Source: Octopus sinensis
Taxonomy: Eukaryota
NCBI RefSeq assembly: GCF_006345805.1
Contig: NC_042998.1
Span: 50,096,001-50,160,000 of the forward strand
Direction of reading: 5' to 3'
DNA: 64,000 nucleotides
The notes below the pieces were generated by a model, which worked only from the letters and a program-made list of their open reading frames with translations, searched no databases and was not told the DNA's origin. The translations under genes were made by a program, and so were the position numbers. Shown here piece by piece: positions 13,530 through 27,326 of the stretch (positions are counted from its first letter, which is position 1; every line of letters starts with the position of its first letter).

Positions 13530-14088
13530 TATATATATAGACAAAAGCAGTAGTACTACCAGAAGGTGGTATTTATCCCTACTTAAAAGTTGATGTCGTG
13601 TTAGAACATATAATACTGCGTTATTTATCACGAGAGAACCTCATGGTAGTAGTGCATATCAGCCCGAGTGCTGATACCATTAGCGGGAGATGATCGACCG
13701 GTATCAATGAGCCTGCATGACTCCATGCATATATTCAACGTTACTATATTCCCTTTATTTCGTTATATATTGATCACGTCAAGTCGTAGGGGTTCAGTAG
13801 AAACTGCTTTGTAAATAAGATCTCATAAGAGTGAAACATGTCAGTTGCTTTAGCGAGTTTGGACTTTAATAATGATTGACTCATTCTCATACTATATCTC
13901 CCACAATGCTTCCAATGTTTTAGTTATTTGAACATATGGGAATTTCCTCCGTAATTTCATTTTTTTAACATTTCAATAATATTTAGATGTATTAATTTTA
14001 TAAACTGACTTAATCAGCAACTTCCTTACTTTCGTATTTAGTTCAAGTGCGTGGCACCTTAGGCAAGTGTCTTCTACTATAGGTTCCA

Positions 14089-14570
<482 letters not shown>

Positions 14571-14599
14571 TATATGTATATATATAGATATAAGTATAT

Positions 14600-14656
<57 letters not shown>

Positions 14657-14718
14657 ATATATAAGTATATATATATAATATATATATATATTATATATAT
14701 ATATATATAGATATAAGT

Positions 14719-14750
<32 letters not shown>

Positions 14751-15075
14751 TGCGTGTTAGCGCGCGCAACCCTGTGTGTGCGCGTATGGTTGTGTCCTCT
14801 TGTCTTGACATCGAAAACTACTTGTAAGCGAGTGCCACCCTCACAACTGTAACCTGTCTAATTAACCGTCTTGATTTGCATGTAATATGCTTATCGACCC
14901 CATAATTGATTAAATAACCATATATTTTAAAACATGGATAATGTAAATATCTCAGTAGTTATAAAGGTGAAAGCCTTTTAAGATATGGAGATTGAAACGA
15001 TGTGAAAACGTTACATTGGCTTACGTAAAGAGAATGTTTCATATAGAGAGATAGAAAGAGAGAGAGAAGACAGAG

Positions 15076-15117
<42 letters not shown>

Positions 15118-15364
15118 GGGGAATGTAAGAACAATTTAATTATATCGAATGAAATGCTCAGCACTTTCAAAATTAGAGTATTTTATTTATTTATTTATTT
15201 TCTACTTATTTATTTACTTACTTAAGACGACTAGTTTACATAATTAATTCAGTAGAAATGGGATCGAAACAGAATTACCTCTATAAAATGGCTACCAATA
15301 AAATATTGTGTGTGTATATATACGTGTTTGCATAACTAGGTATGTGTGCACACACACACTTAAG

Positions 15365-15444
<80 letters not shown>

Positions 15445-16699
15445 GTCTGTCTCTCTCTCTATCTATCTTTCTATCTATCTATCTACCTATCTATCTATAA
15501 ATATATTTGTAAATAGGGTGAGAGAGAGGAAGGGAGAAAGTGGGACAGGTTGGAAACTATATATGTGTCCGTGTGTAAGTGTGTGTGTACTTACATGCTA
15601 TATCTTAACCGAGTGCCTGTATGTACGTATGTCTATATGAATGTATATGTGTGTATATATATATGTGTGTAAGAAATAGTAAAACCATGCCAAAATCACT
15701 TTAAAATATTTGGAACAAATCATTTAAAGGATTTAGAAGGATATTTTAAGACATCTTTGTATAAGAGACATTGTTTAAATATGATTCAAGAAAATTTCAT
15801 TCTGAATGTGATTAAAGATTGATTAAGGCTAAAAGACTTTGTGCCCGAGAGGAAGAAGCCAAACTTTCCTAAACCCAGCCTTAGAGATGAAGAAATTATA
15901 GGATTATGGAAAAAGATACTGGAGAAATACGATAACTTTCTACTACATAAATAATATATATGCACATCTGTGTTATGTATAAGCGAGTACGCATGCTTGC
16001 ATAGTTGTGCATGTGACTGACTGTGTATGCGTTTTATTAGTAATATGTGTGTTTTCATATACGCGTACGTAAAGTCAGCATAATTATATTTAGATCATAT
16101 TTAGCCAAAATAATCTTTATAGCCCCATAGTTCTCAAAACAATTAAAACTAATATGTGTGAACGTTATAAAACAATAACTAAAATAGATGTAATATTCTT
16201 CAAGAATTTGTATGTCGACATTGTGGAAAATTGGTTTCTTTAAAATGATTAGAAAACGATCGTATCTCAAATAGAGTGCGCCTAAGAGATGTACGAAACA
16301 GTAGGGGATTGCGATGAAATGTCATTCGGAAGAAATATTGCAAATCGTTAGATTATATGGAACGAGGTGTACAAAATATCTCGGTATTTGCTGAAATATC
16401 TATCGGCACAAGTAAAAGCAGTTAACTGCAACTAGTACAAAAATTTTGCGGCAGATATATTTTTCTATACATTAATCAATTCTAGCGAAGCATATCTTGA
16501 GGGGAAACCCTGGGTATCGCAGTCAAACAGGAATATATCAAGCCTGAAGGCCCATTTATGTGAAACTCAATGAAACCCTCAAAATATATTCTGTTAGTAT
16601 TGATTAATGAATACGAATGCGTTACACTAAATCTGTCTTGCATGCTACATTTTTAATACTTCTGATATTTATCTAAGCATAGCAAGATAACACAATATA

Positions 16700-16723
16700 T
16701 ATGTTTGTATGTATATATATACG

Positions 16724-16768
<45 letters not shown>

Positions 16769-16811
16769 ATATACTATATATATATATAATATATATATAT
16801 ATATACTATAT

Positions 16812-16877
<66 letters not shown>

Positions 16878-16905
16878 TATATATATATATATATATATAT
16901 ATACG

Positions 16906-16939
<34 letters not shown>

Positions 16940-17050
16940 ATATATATATACGTATCTACATGTGCGTGAATGTGTATGTGCATTTATACAAGTATACATG
17001 CATACATACATACACACAAACACATTCACACACTCACACACATACATGTA
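16700..17050. repeat. (TA)n/(CA)n microsatellite
   Basis: Directly visible. Confidence 0.95.
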
Positions 17051-17249
17051 TATCAGCAGTATTTCGATCTGAAAATGCTTGTAACACGCCACGCAACTCA
17101 ACAATAATTACGTGGTAATTTATATGCAAATTATATGCCATTTTTCGGTTGTAAAGCAAACATTTTGTAAGCCAAAAGAAATAGACATTTTATGTTTTGT
17201 GGTCAGGTGGTAAATGTTAGCGTGCATGAGCAACGTTGAGTCGGGTAGC

Positions 17250-17450
17250 TGAGTGATAATATGAGAATCAGCTGAAAGTTGCAAGAACGTAGACTATGTT
17301 GAGACGGTCATGCGATACGAAAGGAAAATAAGTAAGTTCAAGGAGTATCAGCTGATATAAATGGAAGAAAACTGAATAAAATCAAAGAAGACATACGCAG
17401 AAACGTTGTCAGCCGCAGTCAAGTTGTTGAACGTCACAAGGGAGATAACA
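17250..17450 (+). mobile_element. decayed RTE-like LINE 3' remnant
   Basis: GTTGCAAGAACGTAGACTATGTTGAGACGGTCATGCGATACGA resembles the RTE motif LQERRLRWYGHVMR; downstream AAGAAGACATACGCAGAA resembles RKTW.E. Confidence 0.35.
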
Positions 17451-17537
17451 ACACAAGGCAACGAATGTCACATGGTTTTAGAAATGACACATCCAACAGA
17501 TAAAGGAATGGAAAAGGGGACACAAATATAATGACGT

Positions 17538-17731
17538 TGGATCTGGCAAAATCATTACCGTCCTGGACATAATGCTTAACAGCATTTCTTCTGATTTTAC
17601 GTTCTGAGTTCAAATACTGCCGATGTCGACTTTGCCTTTCATCCTCTCGGAGTCGATAAATTAAGTACCAGTTGAGCTTTGGGGTAATCGATTTACCCCG
17701 TTCCTCCGAAATTGCTAGGCTTGTGCCAAAA
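17538..17731 (+). mobile_element. SINE family A (core GTCGACTTTGCCTTTCATCC...GTCGATAAATTAAGTACCAG)
   Basis: B-box-like GAGTTCAAAT, conserved core, (ATT)n tail. The core resembles the Deu/Nin central SINE domain (from memory). Confidence 0.8.
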
Positions 17732-17793
17732 TTATTATTATTATTATTATTATCATGATGATTTGTATTATTATCATGATGATTATTATTATT

Positions 17794-18190
17794 CAGTAGT
17801 TTTAGTTTTATAGCGTGCTTTCACTTCACTACCGAGCACAGCTCTGTGTGCCTTGGGTATGTGCTGTGATTTGTTGTGATGCTCTGATGGTTATTGTATG
17901 GAAAGTGTTCTGCGTAGGATGTGTGCAGTGCCTAGTAGTGCAATTTTCTGTATGTTATATGTGTTTGTAAGTCCTAGTGTTTTTGTTATGTATTTGTCTG
18001 AATATTTTTTTATCATGCCTAATGCACCTACTATGATAAGAATTGTTTCTGTTTTCAGATTCCACATTCTAGTTACCTCTATTTCCAGGTCTTTGTATTT
18101 TGAGAGTTTCTCCATTTCTTTTAGAGACACGTTGTCATCAGCCGGTATTGATACATCAATTAGAAAGCATTTTTTTTCTTCATGATCTCC
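17794..18190 (-). mobile_element. R4/Dong-like non-LTR retrotransposon, 5'-truncated 3' end (REL endonuclease C-terminus plus 3' UTR)
   Basis: Open frame DHEEKKCFLIDVSIPADDNVSLKEMEKLSKYKDLEIEVTRMWNLKTETILIIVGALGMIKK...QKIALLGTAHILRRTLSIQ* (stop at 17891-17893), about 95-nt 3' UTR ending in (AAT)n, with (TAA)n on both sides. Confidence 0.85.
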
Positions 18191-18200
18191 ATTATTATTA

Positions 18201-18240
<40 letters not shown>

Positions 18241-18298
18241 CATGATAATTATTATCATTATCATTATTATTATTGTTATATTATTATTATTATTATTA

Positions 18299-18335
<37 letters not shown>

Positions 18336-18949
18336 CCAAAAATCGAACTATTCTGTTTTATGAAACTCACTGATAAAATTTTGTATGAAGAATTATTGGC
18401 ATCATATTTACGAAACTTTTATTCCTCTTCCGATTATAGTTGCTCCTTCTGTATTTTCATTATATTGTTAAATTCCAATGGTAGAGCTCTTTACTCAAGA
18501 GATTCTTCCTTCGGAGACACATTATTTAAGTTTTACGACAATTTGGCTACTCTTTATAAATTGTGACAAAACTAACGTCTACAAGCCACTCTTGGCCAAC
18601 TGAGACAGTCTTGTGAATATGCGCAATTTATCCAAACCTCTCTTTTAGAATTTGAGAGCTATGTCTGGGGAAAATATACAGAATATGTATCTATTGAATA
18701 TAACATTGCTTCATTCTCCACATTCCATTAAGTCATTATATGTATACCCACACGTCAGGTATTTATGTATATGTGTACACTTGTCTGTGTGTGCGCGCGC
18801 ACACGCACGTACACACACGTAGATATATATATGTATATATTTATATATCTATTTACATATACAAGTACATGAGAAAGAAATATATGTATATACGTACATA
18901 TATATGTGTGTCTATATATATAACTATAAATAGAGATAGATAGATGGAC

Positions 18950-18998
<49 letters not shown>

Positions 18999-19184
18999 TA
19001 TAGATAGATAGACAGATAGATGGATGGATAAGTAGGAGTGTTTGCATTTATGCTGGGAATGTGAAAAATTAAAAGTTATCAGGAGATTTCTCTGCAGATT
19101 TGACGACTTAGATTGTAGACGTTATAAAAAAATTATGCGAACAGGGTATTTTATTTCAATAATAGCACAATGCATCTCACTTAT

Positions 19185-19200
19185 ATTAATATATATATGT

Positions 19201-19291
<91 letters not shown>

Positions 19292-19342
19292 TATATCATA
19301 TATATATATATATACATATATATACATACATATATACATACA

Positions 19343-19380
<38 letters not shown>

Positions 19381-19403
19381 CACATACATATATATATACA
19401 TAT

Positions 19404-19454
<51 letters not shown>

Positions 19455-19530
19455 ATGATTTTGCATAGGCACAGAGATACTAACAGCCTATCATTAGAAC
19501 TCAATATCTATCTATCTATCTATCTATCTA

Positions 19531-19579
<49 letters not shown>

Positions 19580-19612
19580 CTCTATCTGTCTATATGTATG
19601 TATATATGTATG

Positions 19613-19644
<32 letters not shown>

Positions 19645-19700
19645 TGTATGTATGTATGCATGCATGCATGCATGGGTTTGTGTCTGTGTGTGCGTGTGTG
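19185..19700. repeat. (TA)n, (TATC)n and (TATG)n microsatellites
   Basis: Directly visible. Confidence 0.95.
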
Positions 19701-20214
19701 TGTACGAGTGCATTTCATTAAGACACTGAATTCAACAAATTCCACAAAAAGCAATTTTGTTTTTGTCCAAAAACACCCCCCAGAGATTAATTAATAGCTG
19801 AAGTGGCATATAAAGCTATTGGAGGAAGATATTGTTTAGTGCTGAACGTGTGGGGGTGTAAAGACGATGAGGTAGAAAGAGTAAAATATATCATAAATTT
19901 GCGTAGAATTCTCAAAACAGTATATATATGCATACACCAAACAAAATCACACGCAAAAATACACTCATAAACACGGATACACACAGAAACTTGGAATTTT
20001 CTATATCAGATACTTATTTACGCTGTTTGGTCTACATTAGATTGGGTTACGCTAAATGCCTATCCGAAATTAATAGCATCAGCGTATATTTGCTTCATTG
20101 TTACATTAAGGTGAAATATTTTATTTGTAAAGGCATATTCGATCTTCGTGTTTTCCTTATCATTATTTCACTTTCATACCAACATACAAGTGCACGAACA
20201 CACGCATACATAAG

Positions 20215-20245
<31 letters not shown>

Positions 20246-20316
20246 CATATGTATGTATGTATGTATGTATGTGTGTGTGTGTGTGTGTGAGTGTATGTAT
20301 GTATATATAGTCAAAA

Positions 20317-20432
20317 GCATGTATGTGTGTGGTAAGAAGGTTGCTTCCCAACCACATGGTTTCAGGTTCAGTCCTACTACGTAGCACCTTATGTTGATTT
20401 GGTAGACAGAAACTGAAAGAAGCCCGTCGTAT
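20317..20432 (+). mobile_element. SINE family B, 5' part with internal deletion
   Basis: GTGTGGTAAGAAGGTTGCTTCCCAACCACATGG...GGTTCAGTCC...GAAAGAAGCCCGTCG. Confidence 0.75.
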
Positions 20433-20444
20433 GTATATATATAT

Positions 20445-20633
20445 AGTCGCCGTGATAGATCGGTAGCCACTAGCCACATCTTTTTCTCTCCTTGTTTTTT
20501 CTGTGTCCCTTTCTGTAGAAGAGTGTAGGCTCGAAACATAAAAGACTTTTTCAATTCCTGAGCGTTATATTAATACATCTGTTTGTTTTGTACAAGACCT
20601 GTTTTCGTCTTTTGTTTTTTTTTCGTAAACTCT

Positions 20634-20638
<5 letters not shown>
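20445..20638 (+). mobile_element. Penelope-like pseudo-LTR fragment with degenerate minimal hammerhead
   Basis: CTTT-CTGTAGA-A-GAGT gtag GCTC-GAA-ACAT-A-AAAG at 20509-20544; bounded by (TA)n on both sides. Confidence 0.55.
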
Positions 20639-20669
<31 letters not shown>

Positions 20670-22352
20670 TAGCAAAAGAAATTGATAAAATATGTATTAT
20701 GTACCAGGATTTAAAAATAAGTACATATGCATGCATGTATGTATGTATGTATATGTATGTATGTATGTATGTACTATGTAAATGGAGTAACATTTCTTAG
20801 GTGCTTGAAACAGAATGAACTCTAAGCTGTATAAGCTCTGTACTACACGAAGAAAAATCAACAATATCATGTGCAAAATAAAGGTTCTTTTCCACAAGTT
20901 TTTAAATCGTTTCTATCTTAGATCTTGCATGAACATATTGGATTCAGTTACAATGCATCATAGCTCAATATTAGCAGAAATGGGTACTGTTGCTATACCA
21001 ATAGTAAACACATACTATCGACTTGGCACGGGGGAGAGAATAAATAATTGAATACTGATACGAGATATTAACGTTTTACAGAACGCTACTCACGTGTTTG
21101 TTTAACAGAACTATCGAAGGCTAAATCGATATACCATACGGGCTCGCCATTCCACAGGCTAATATTGTAGCTAAGAATAGAAACATTGAATTGAAGTAAA
21201 GCTATAGGTCTATTGGTTTATGTAAGAGATTTACAGAGGTCTTATTTTTTAATTATTTCCTCCAGGCCCGTTACAAGAATAAATCTGATGAAGAGGCAGG
21301 TAGAAAGAAAGGGGTGTGTTATGTGTCATACATTTTCTAATTAATAAGGCTTCGCCGTTGAAAGCTTAAAAACAAATCATTATTCAAGCCTTGTAGCATC
21401 GTAGCTTCATTACACAAAGATGTTTTACTGTATTGTACATTCATTGCTTTTGACTAAAGTAATAGCTACATTATTTGCTACATGTGAAATCTTAAAAGAC
21501 TAATCAACTATTCTTACTCTTATGAATGAAAGCATAATAATTGTTCCTGATGTCATAAAACTTTTAAACTGAAAGGAAAGAGTATGTTTGTGGTTTCATA
21601 TATCTTTTGTGCTGAATACCCTGTCAATTTGTTAAGAATTATTCAATGGCAACCGATGTACAAAAGGAAGATATGCTAAAGTAAATTATCATTCCTTTGT
21701 TACTTATCTTAAGATGAACCCTGGAAATACCGCCAATGCTGAGAAACAGCTGGGTTTTTTAAACATTTTTTCGAATGATAGAAGAATGATGTTTGGTTGA
21801 AAGAAATGTTCATAATTAAGTGTATGAATATCACTTTACATCAGTGGTCCATCTAACATCCATGTCCTATCCAATGAATGCTGCAAATATCTCCGTAATA
21901 ATGAAATATATCGTATAAAGTGTTGCGAGAGAAAGATGGAATGACCAAGAAATATCAAACCAGACTCAAATGAATATAGCAACGTATGTTTTCCTCTTGT
22001 GACAAGACAACATTCATCAATGAGTATGCAGTGCCCCTACTTGAGCCAACGACTGGATTATTTGGTTAAACAACAGTGGTAAATACAATAAGGATCCTAT
22101 CATCAGCGAGAAACTTCTATTGTAATAATATCGCCAAGCAACGAAGGGAGAATAAGGACGGACGAGCTTTCATAGTCATACACTATCACTCAGACAGCTT
22201 CTCTTAAACGACAACAGTAAAACTAAAGACTTAATTTTTTCACAGGTAAGAAGTAAGATCTTACGAGTTGCAAGCTGCTCATGGATGACCCTATGAACAG
22301 TGACACACCTTGCGCCCCCTGCTGGATAAAAATTATTCAACAAAGACCAGCA

Positions 22353-23438
22353 AGATAAATAAAGCGATATAAAGCGTTGAGGGTAGTAGCAAGAACTTCA
22401 AAAATTTTGGTTTCTTCCTCCAAAATATAAATATACATGTGTACCTTTAATTTTTGGTACAAATGATTTTGTTAACAAGCAAGTAAGTAATAATCTGGAG
22501 AAGCTGAGGTCTTCGAACGCAGAAGGTAACTATCAAATGTGTATTCTGCAATTTCCTTTGCACAATAACAAATTACATGTATGTTTATGTTTCTCCAGAA
22601 AGCTTGAGAATTATGATGATAAAATTAAAAAATATAAACTCTCTAAGATATGTGTTCATTACATCATGTCACAGTGAAAATGCCATGTTTTTCATATTTG
22701 AATTACGAGAGTTAGCTCCAAAATATCTATTAAACGAAAAAGACAGCATCACCCTTAAGCCCGCAGTATATTACTAAAAGTTTTGATTATGTCACATGAC
22801 AGAGGTAATATACTTGATCAGCAACTTCTCCAGAATCTCACCAAGAGATTACTTTTTAAGATGACACAAAGTTGTTAAAACAAAATACAATACCATCCGT
22901 AGAAAGAACGGTCAAGGGGAAGAGTTCTGATGTTATATTTATATATTCCCTTATAATAAATACTTAAAGCGGCGACCAACCAGTATCGTTAGTACTCCGG
23001 GCAAAAAGCTTAGCGACATTTCATCCGTCTTCGCTTTCCGAGTTCAAATTCATTCGAGGTCGATTTTGCATTTCATCGCTTCAGGGTCGATAAAATAAGT
23101 ACCAGTTCGCCTCACCAAACTTTCTAGTCTTGTGTCAAAATTTGAAACCAATATAAGGAATACTTTTGGAATATTTCCACCGAAACTACCACTAAATGTA
23201 AACAGAGCAACTTTGATTTACAATAAAAAATTAAAATGAATAGATAAATAAAGCGATATACAGCGTTGAGGGTAGTAGCAAGAACTTCAAAAATGTTGGT
23301 TTCTTCCACCAAAATATGCATGTGTACCTTTAATTTTTGGTACAAATGATTTTGTTAACAAGCAGGTAAGTAATAATCTGGAGAAGCTGAGGTTTTCAAA
23401 CGCAGAAGGTAAATATCAAAAGTGTATTCTGCAATTTC
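22353..23438. repeat. local direct duplication of about 200 bp (22353-22555 and 23242-23438)
   Basis: AGATAAATAAAGCGATAT...GTATTCTGCAATTTC occurs twice, 889 bp apart, with scattered substitutions and one short indel. Confidence 0.9.
22966..23150 (+). mobile_element. SINE family A, diverged
   Basis: AAAGCGGCG head, GAGTTCAAAT, GGGTCGATAAAATAAGTACCAG core. Confidence 0.75.
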
Positions 23439-23729
23439 ATTCTGTAAATGGAACAGGAGAAATATGTAATAGTTCTCTGAAATTCAAGATGCAGCTCTAT
23501 AAATTTGTTGCTATCTTACTTTGAATCAATGGGTTATGCTTCGTTGCTAAATAACAAGACTCAACTATCAGAAAGTAATATAATTGAATTCATTCGAGAA
23601 AAAAAAAGAAAGAATACGGAAATATTGATAGGAAATGTTAGAGTATTCTGGATGACAAAGCTAATGGTAACAGTAACGGTAATCAAAACCGTGATAATAA
23701 TCACAACCCCCAAACTAATGATCATCTCG

Positions 23730-24074
23730 ATTATGATGATGATGATGATGATGATGATGACGATAAGGAAACAGATCCTCCTCATCATCATCATCAATAT
23801 CATTGCCGTTGTCGTTGCTGTCGTCATCATATATTCATGATCATCAGTTATCATCATCATCTAGATCACCACCACCATTATCACCAACGCCATTGTAGCC
23901 ATCTTGACCATCGTCGTCGTCATCATCTTCCTTCATCATCAGCGTCATCATCTTCCTTCATCATCCACATCATCATCTTCCTCATCTACATGAGCACAAT
24001 GATGATGTCTATGAGGGTAAGGATGATGCAAAACGATTGATGACGACGACGACGATGATGATGATGATGATGAT

Positions 24075-24113
<39 letters not shown>

Positions 24114-24166
24114 TTGTTGATGACGATGGCGCCAATTATGATAACAATGATGATAATGGAAAATAA

Positions 24167-24199
<33 letters not shown>

Positions 24200-24328
24200 G
24201 TGATAATGATGATGATGATGTGTCTGGCATACTTGATGATGGATGATAGTTGTTATGACATGAATTGCGAACATTCAAACTTACTCAAACATATACAGAA
24301 GCAAACGCATGTACGCACATGCACATAT

Positions 24329-24381
<53 letters not shown>

Positions 24382-24410
24382 TACACACACACACACACTC
24401 ACACACGCAC
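23730..24410. repeat. (GAT)n/(CAT)n triplet tracts in both orientations plus (CA)n
   Basis: Directly visible; source of poly-H, poly-M, poly-I and poly-S ORFs. Confidence 0.9.
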
Positions 24411-25186
24411 ACTTACGCATTTACAAATTCACACTTACACACAAAACCATATCTTTATAATTGCGTCTACTGTAACATCACAATACGTGTGTATAAATGC
24501 AGCAATGTTTAAACGCGTATGGAGTGTATGCCCGTGCACTTGAGTATGAATACGTAAGTATTTCTCTTTGTGTTAGTATATGTATGTGTGCGAATGGGTG
24601 TATAAGTACAGTTAACAAAAAAAGATTATTACAGTACAGACATTTGTTGAACAACATTCTCTTGGCAAGGAAAATAATAGCAAAAAAAAAATCCCATGAA
24701 ACCTCTACAAAAATAAGTTAACTAATAAATAAAACAAACAAAACCGAGACAAAAAATGTAGATAATTAAAAAATATAAAAAAAGGAAAGTGAAAATAAAC
24801 ATAATGAAGAATGGTAAGACGAAAGACATGATCCAGAGTTCAAAATGTCGGAAACAGCATAAATTTGGCAATTCTGATTCTGCCTAATAAAAAACAATTA
24901 ATACTTGCCGGCGTTGAAGAGCATGCAGTCTGTGGAAATAAAAGAAAAATACAGCTTATTAAACAGAGATATAAACATACATGTAAAGGCATATACATAG
25001 ATACATACATGTATGCATATAGAAAGAGAGAAAAAGAGAGTGATGAAAGAGAGGAGAGTGAGAAGAGAAAGATTAAATAAATGTTTTTTTGTGAATCGTG
25101 ATTTTAGACAAGATGTATCTAAATGAATATCTCCAAAGTGGATATATTTAAACACCCAGCGTTTCCTCAGTGTTATATACATACGT

Positions 25187-25247
<61 letters not shown>

Positions 25248-25434
25248 CACACATAATATATATACATATACATATTCCATTACAATGGAACACCTGCAAA
25301 ATCTTTGTTCTTTTTGAGTAAAATGTTCAGATATGTTTGGTTCTGTTGAAATCAAATCATTTATTGCATTCAAATTTTTATAAAAACTGAATCGATAACC
25401 AAAACTTAATAACCACTGCTTCTGGTATTGGAGG

Positions 25435-25512
<78 letters not shown>

Positions 25513-26114
25513 GTTGTTGTTGTTGTTGTTGTTGTTGTTGAAGATTTCTAAATCTTTTAATCATACTGTCTGTCAGCAAGCATTTTCAATCATGCGGGCA
25601 CTAATTTCTTCTATTGTTTCGTGAATTGCTGCAAAGAATGTTTCTTTAATCTGATTTGCTTTTGAAAGTTATCTTCTAATTCATCTTTGATAAAATTATG
25701 TGCCACGTATTTAGAGATAGAGAGAGAGAGAGGAGAGAGAGAGATGAGGAGGAGGAGGGAAGTACTTCATACGTTTGTCCATGCCATAAATAAACAAATA
25801 GCAACTCAAATCCAAGATCTTCGAGAATCTGTGAATTGGCACTGTCATTGCAATAGGTGATGTGTTTCAACAATTTGAATAAATATGTACTGTATTATCA
25901 TTACATCATCACTTTCGTAGTTGAATGCATGCAACCCCGCCTATATTTTTTGGTTCATTTTTTCGGATATTTATATTGGTTATACGTGACAAGAAAGAAA
26001 AGTCCCTAGAATAATTTGCATCAAATTAATTCAACATATTTGTACAATTCAAAAGATTGCTTTCTCACATATATTATTATTATTATTATTATTATTATCA
26101 TCATTATTATTATG

Positions 26115-26618
26115 ATTCAGTGAGAGAGTAGTGCATGCCATCAAAGTGACACGGGCGAAAAATATACGAAGCCCTGTACACCCATCCTGACTACCCGGCT
26201 GATAAGGGTACACCATATGTGCGCGACATGGTGAACTCATGCCAAGGTAAACAGTGCATGACCTTGCAGGTGGGACCCAGTTAGAATTTTCCTCAAGTCG
26301 AGTAGCTCATTCCTAAATGAAGGTTTGTTTAAGGTTGTTGAACGAAACACCTATGTTTCCATAGGTGAATTATTCAAGCCCTAAAGTATTCCCCTCAATA
26401 CATGGATATGATGCTCCCTCACTATTTCTGCTCATAATCAGAGATGCACATTGTCAACTAGTCAAGGTCAAATAAGTGACAAACAAATCTGTGGTACCGA
26501 GCAGGATATTTGCTGTAGTCCATCTTTTATACCAAGACAAAACATGTACATGATAACACTTCCAATCAGTTAAGATCAGAAGCCATGAGAGTCACTGCTT
26601 GGTTCTGCATCAGGGCAT
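26115..26618. mobile_element. unclassified ~500-bp interspersed repeat embedded in (TAA)n
   Basis: Homologous to 36541-37045 and in part to 51190-51315 (GAGAGAG.AG.GCAT.CCA.CAAAGTGAC...CATGTTTCCA.AGGTGAATTA.TCAA.CCC). (ATT)n on both flanks; no ORF, no TIR. Confidence 0.75.
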
Positions 26619-26665
26619 TCATTATTATTATTATTATTGTTATTGTTGTTGTTGTTATTATTATT

Positions 26666-26884
26666 AAGGCGGCGAATTGGCAGAATCGTTGGCATGCTGG
26701 ACGAAATGATTAACGGTATTTTGCCCGTTCCTACGTTCTGAGTGCAAATTCCGCCAAGGTCGACTTTGTCTGTCATCCTTTCGGAGTCGATAAATTAAGC
26801 ACCAGTTGAGTACTGGGGTCGATGTAATCGACTTAACCCCTTCCCCCAAAATTTCAGGCCTTGTGCCTATATTAGAAAGGATTA
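26666..26884 (+). mobile_element. SINE family A, full length
   Basis: AAGGCGGCGAATTGGCAGAATCGTT head, core, tail CCCCAAAATTTCAGGCCTTGTGCC. Confidence 0.85.
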
Positions 26885-27139
26885 GTATTAGTTTTTCATG
26901 TGCACACAACAAATTAGACCGTTAGAAAAGAAAGAATTCCTAACATCGGGCTACAAGAAGTACCTTAGATACCAAGAACCCTCCTAAGTATCCCAGCTGT
27001 AACTAATAACACTGTTTTCTGGAGCTGTACTAAACTGGTTTTTATGCTTCTATCCATCTGTTCAGATTCTTAGGGATAGTTTGCAATGCACCTATAACTA
27101 GCGGGATAACTAACAGGTATGTATAAGTATATATTTGTG

Positions 27140-27326
27140 TATATGTGGTTGTCCCCTCAATATCGCTTGAGAACCGATGTTGGTCTGTTTACGTTCCCGT
27201 AATTTACCAAAAGTGATCGATAGAATAAGTACTAGGCTTTAAAAGAATAAGTCTTGGGGTCGACTTGTTCAACTAAAGGCGGTGCTCCAGCATGGCCAGA
27301 GTCAAATGACTGAAACAGGTAAAACA
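27140..27326 (+). mobile_element. SINE family B, 3' half
   Basis: GATAGAATAAGTACTAGGCTT...GGCGGTGCTCCAGCATGGCC...GTCAAATGACTGAAACA. Confidence 0.8.

Noticed and set aside
15781-15954. Protein-like stretch LKDFVPERKKPNFPKPSLRDEEIIGLWKKILEKYDNF
   Set aside because: In-frame stop upstream, no splice signals, no recognisable domain.
24898-24929. Minus-strand acceptor followed by DCMLFNAGKY*
   Set aside because: Strong acceptor but only 10 codons and no supporting upstream minus-strand exons.
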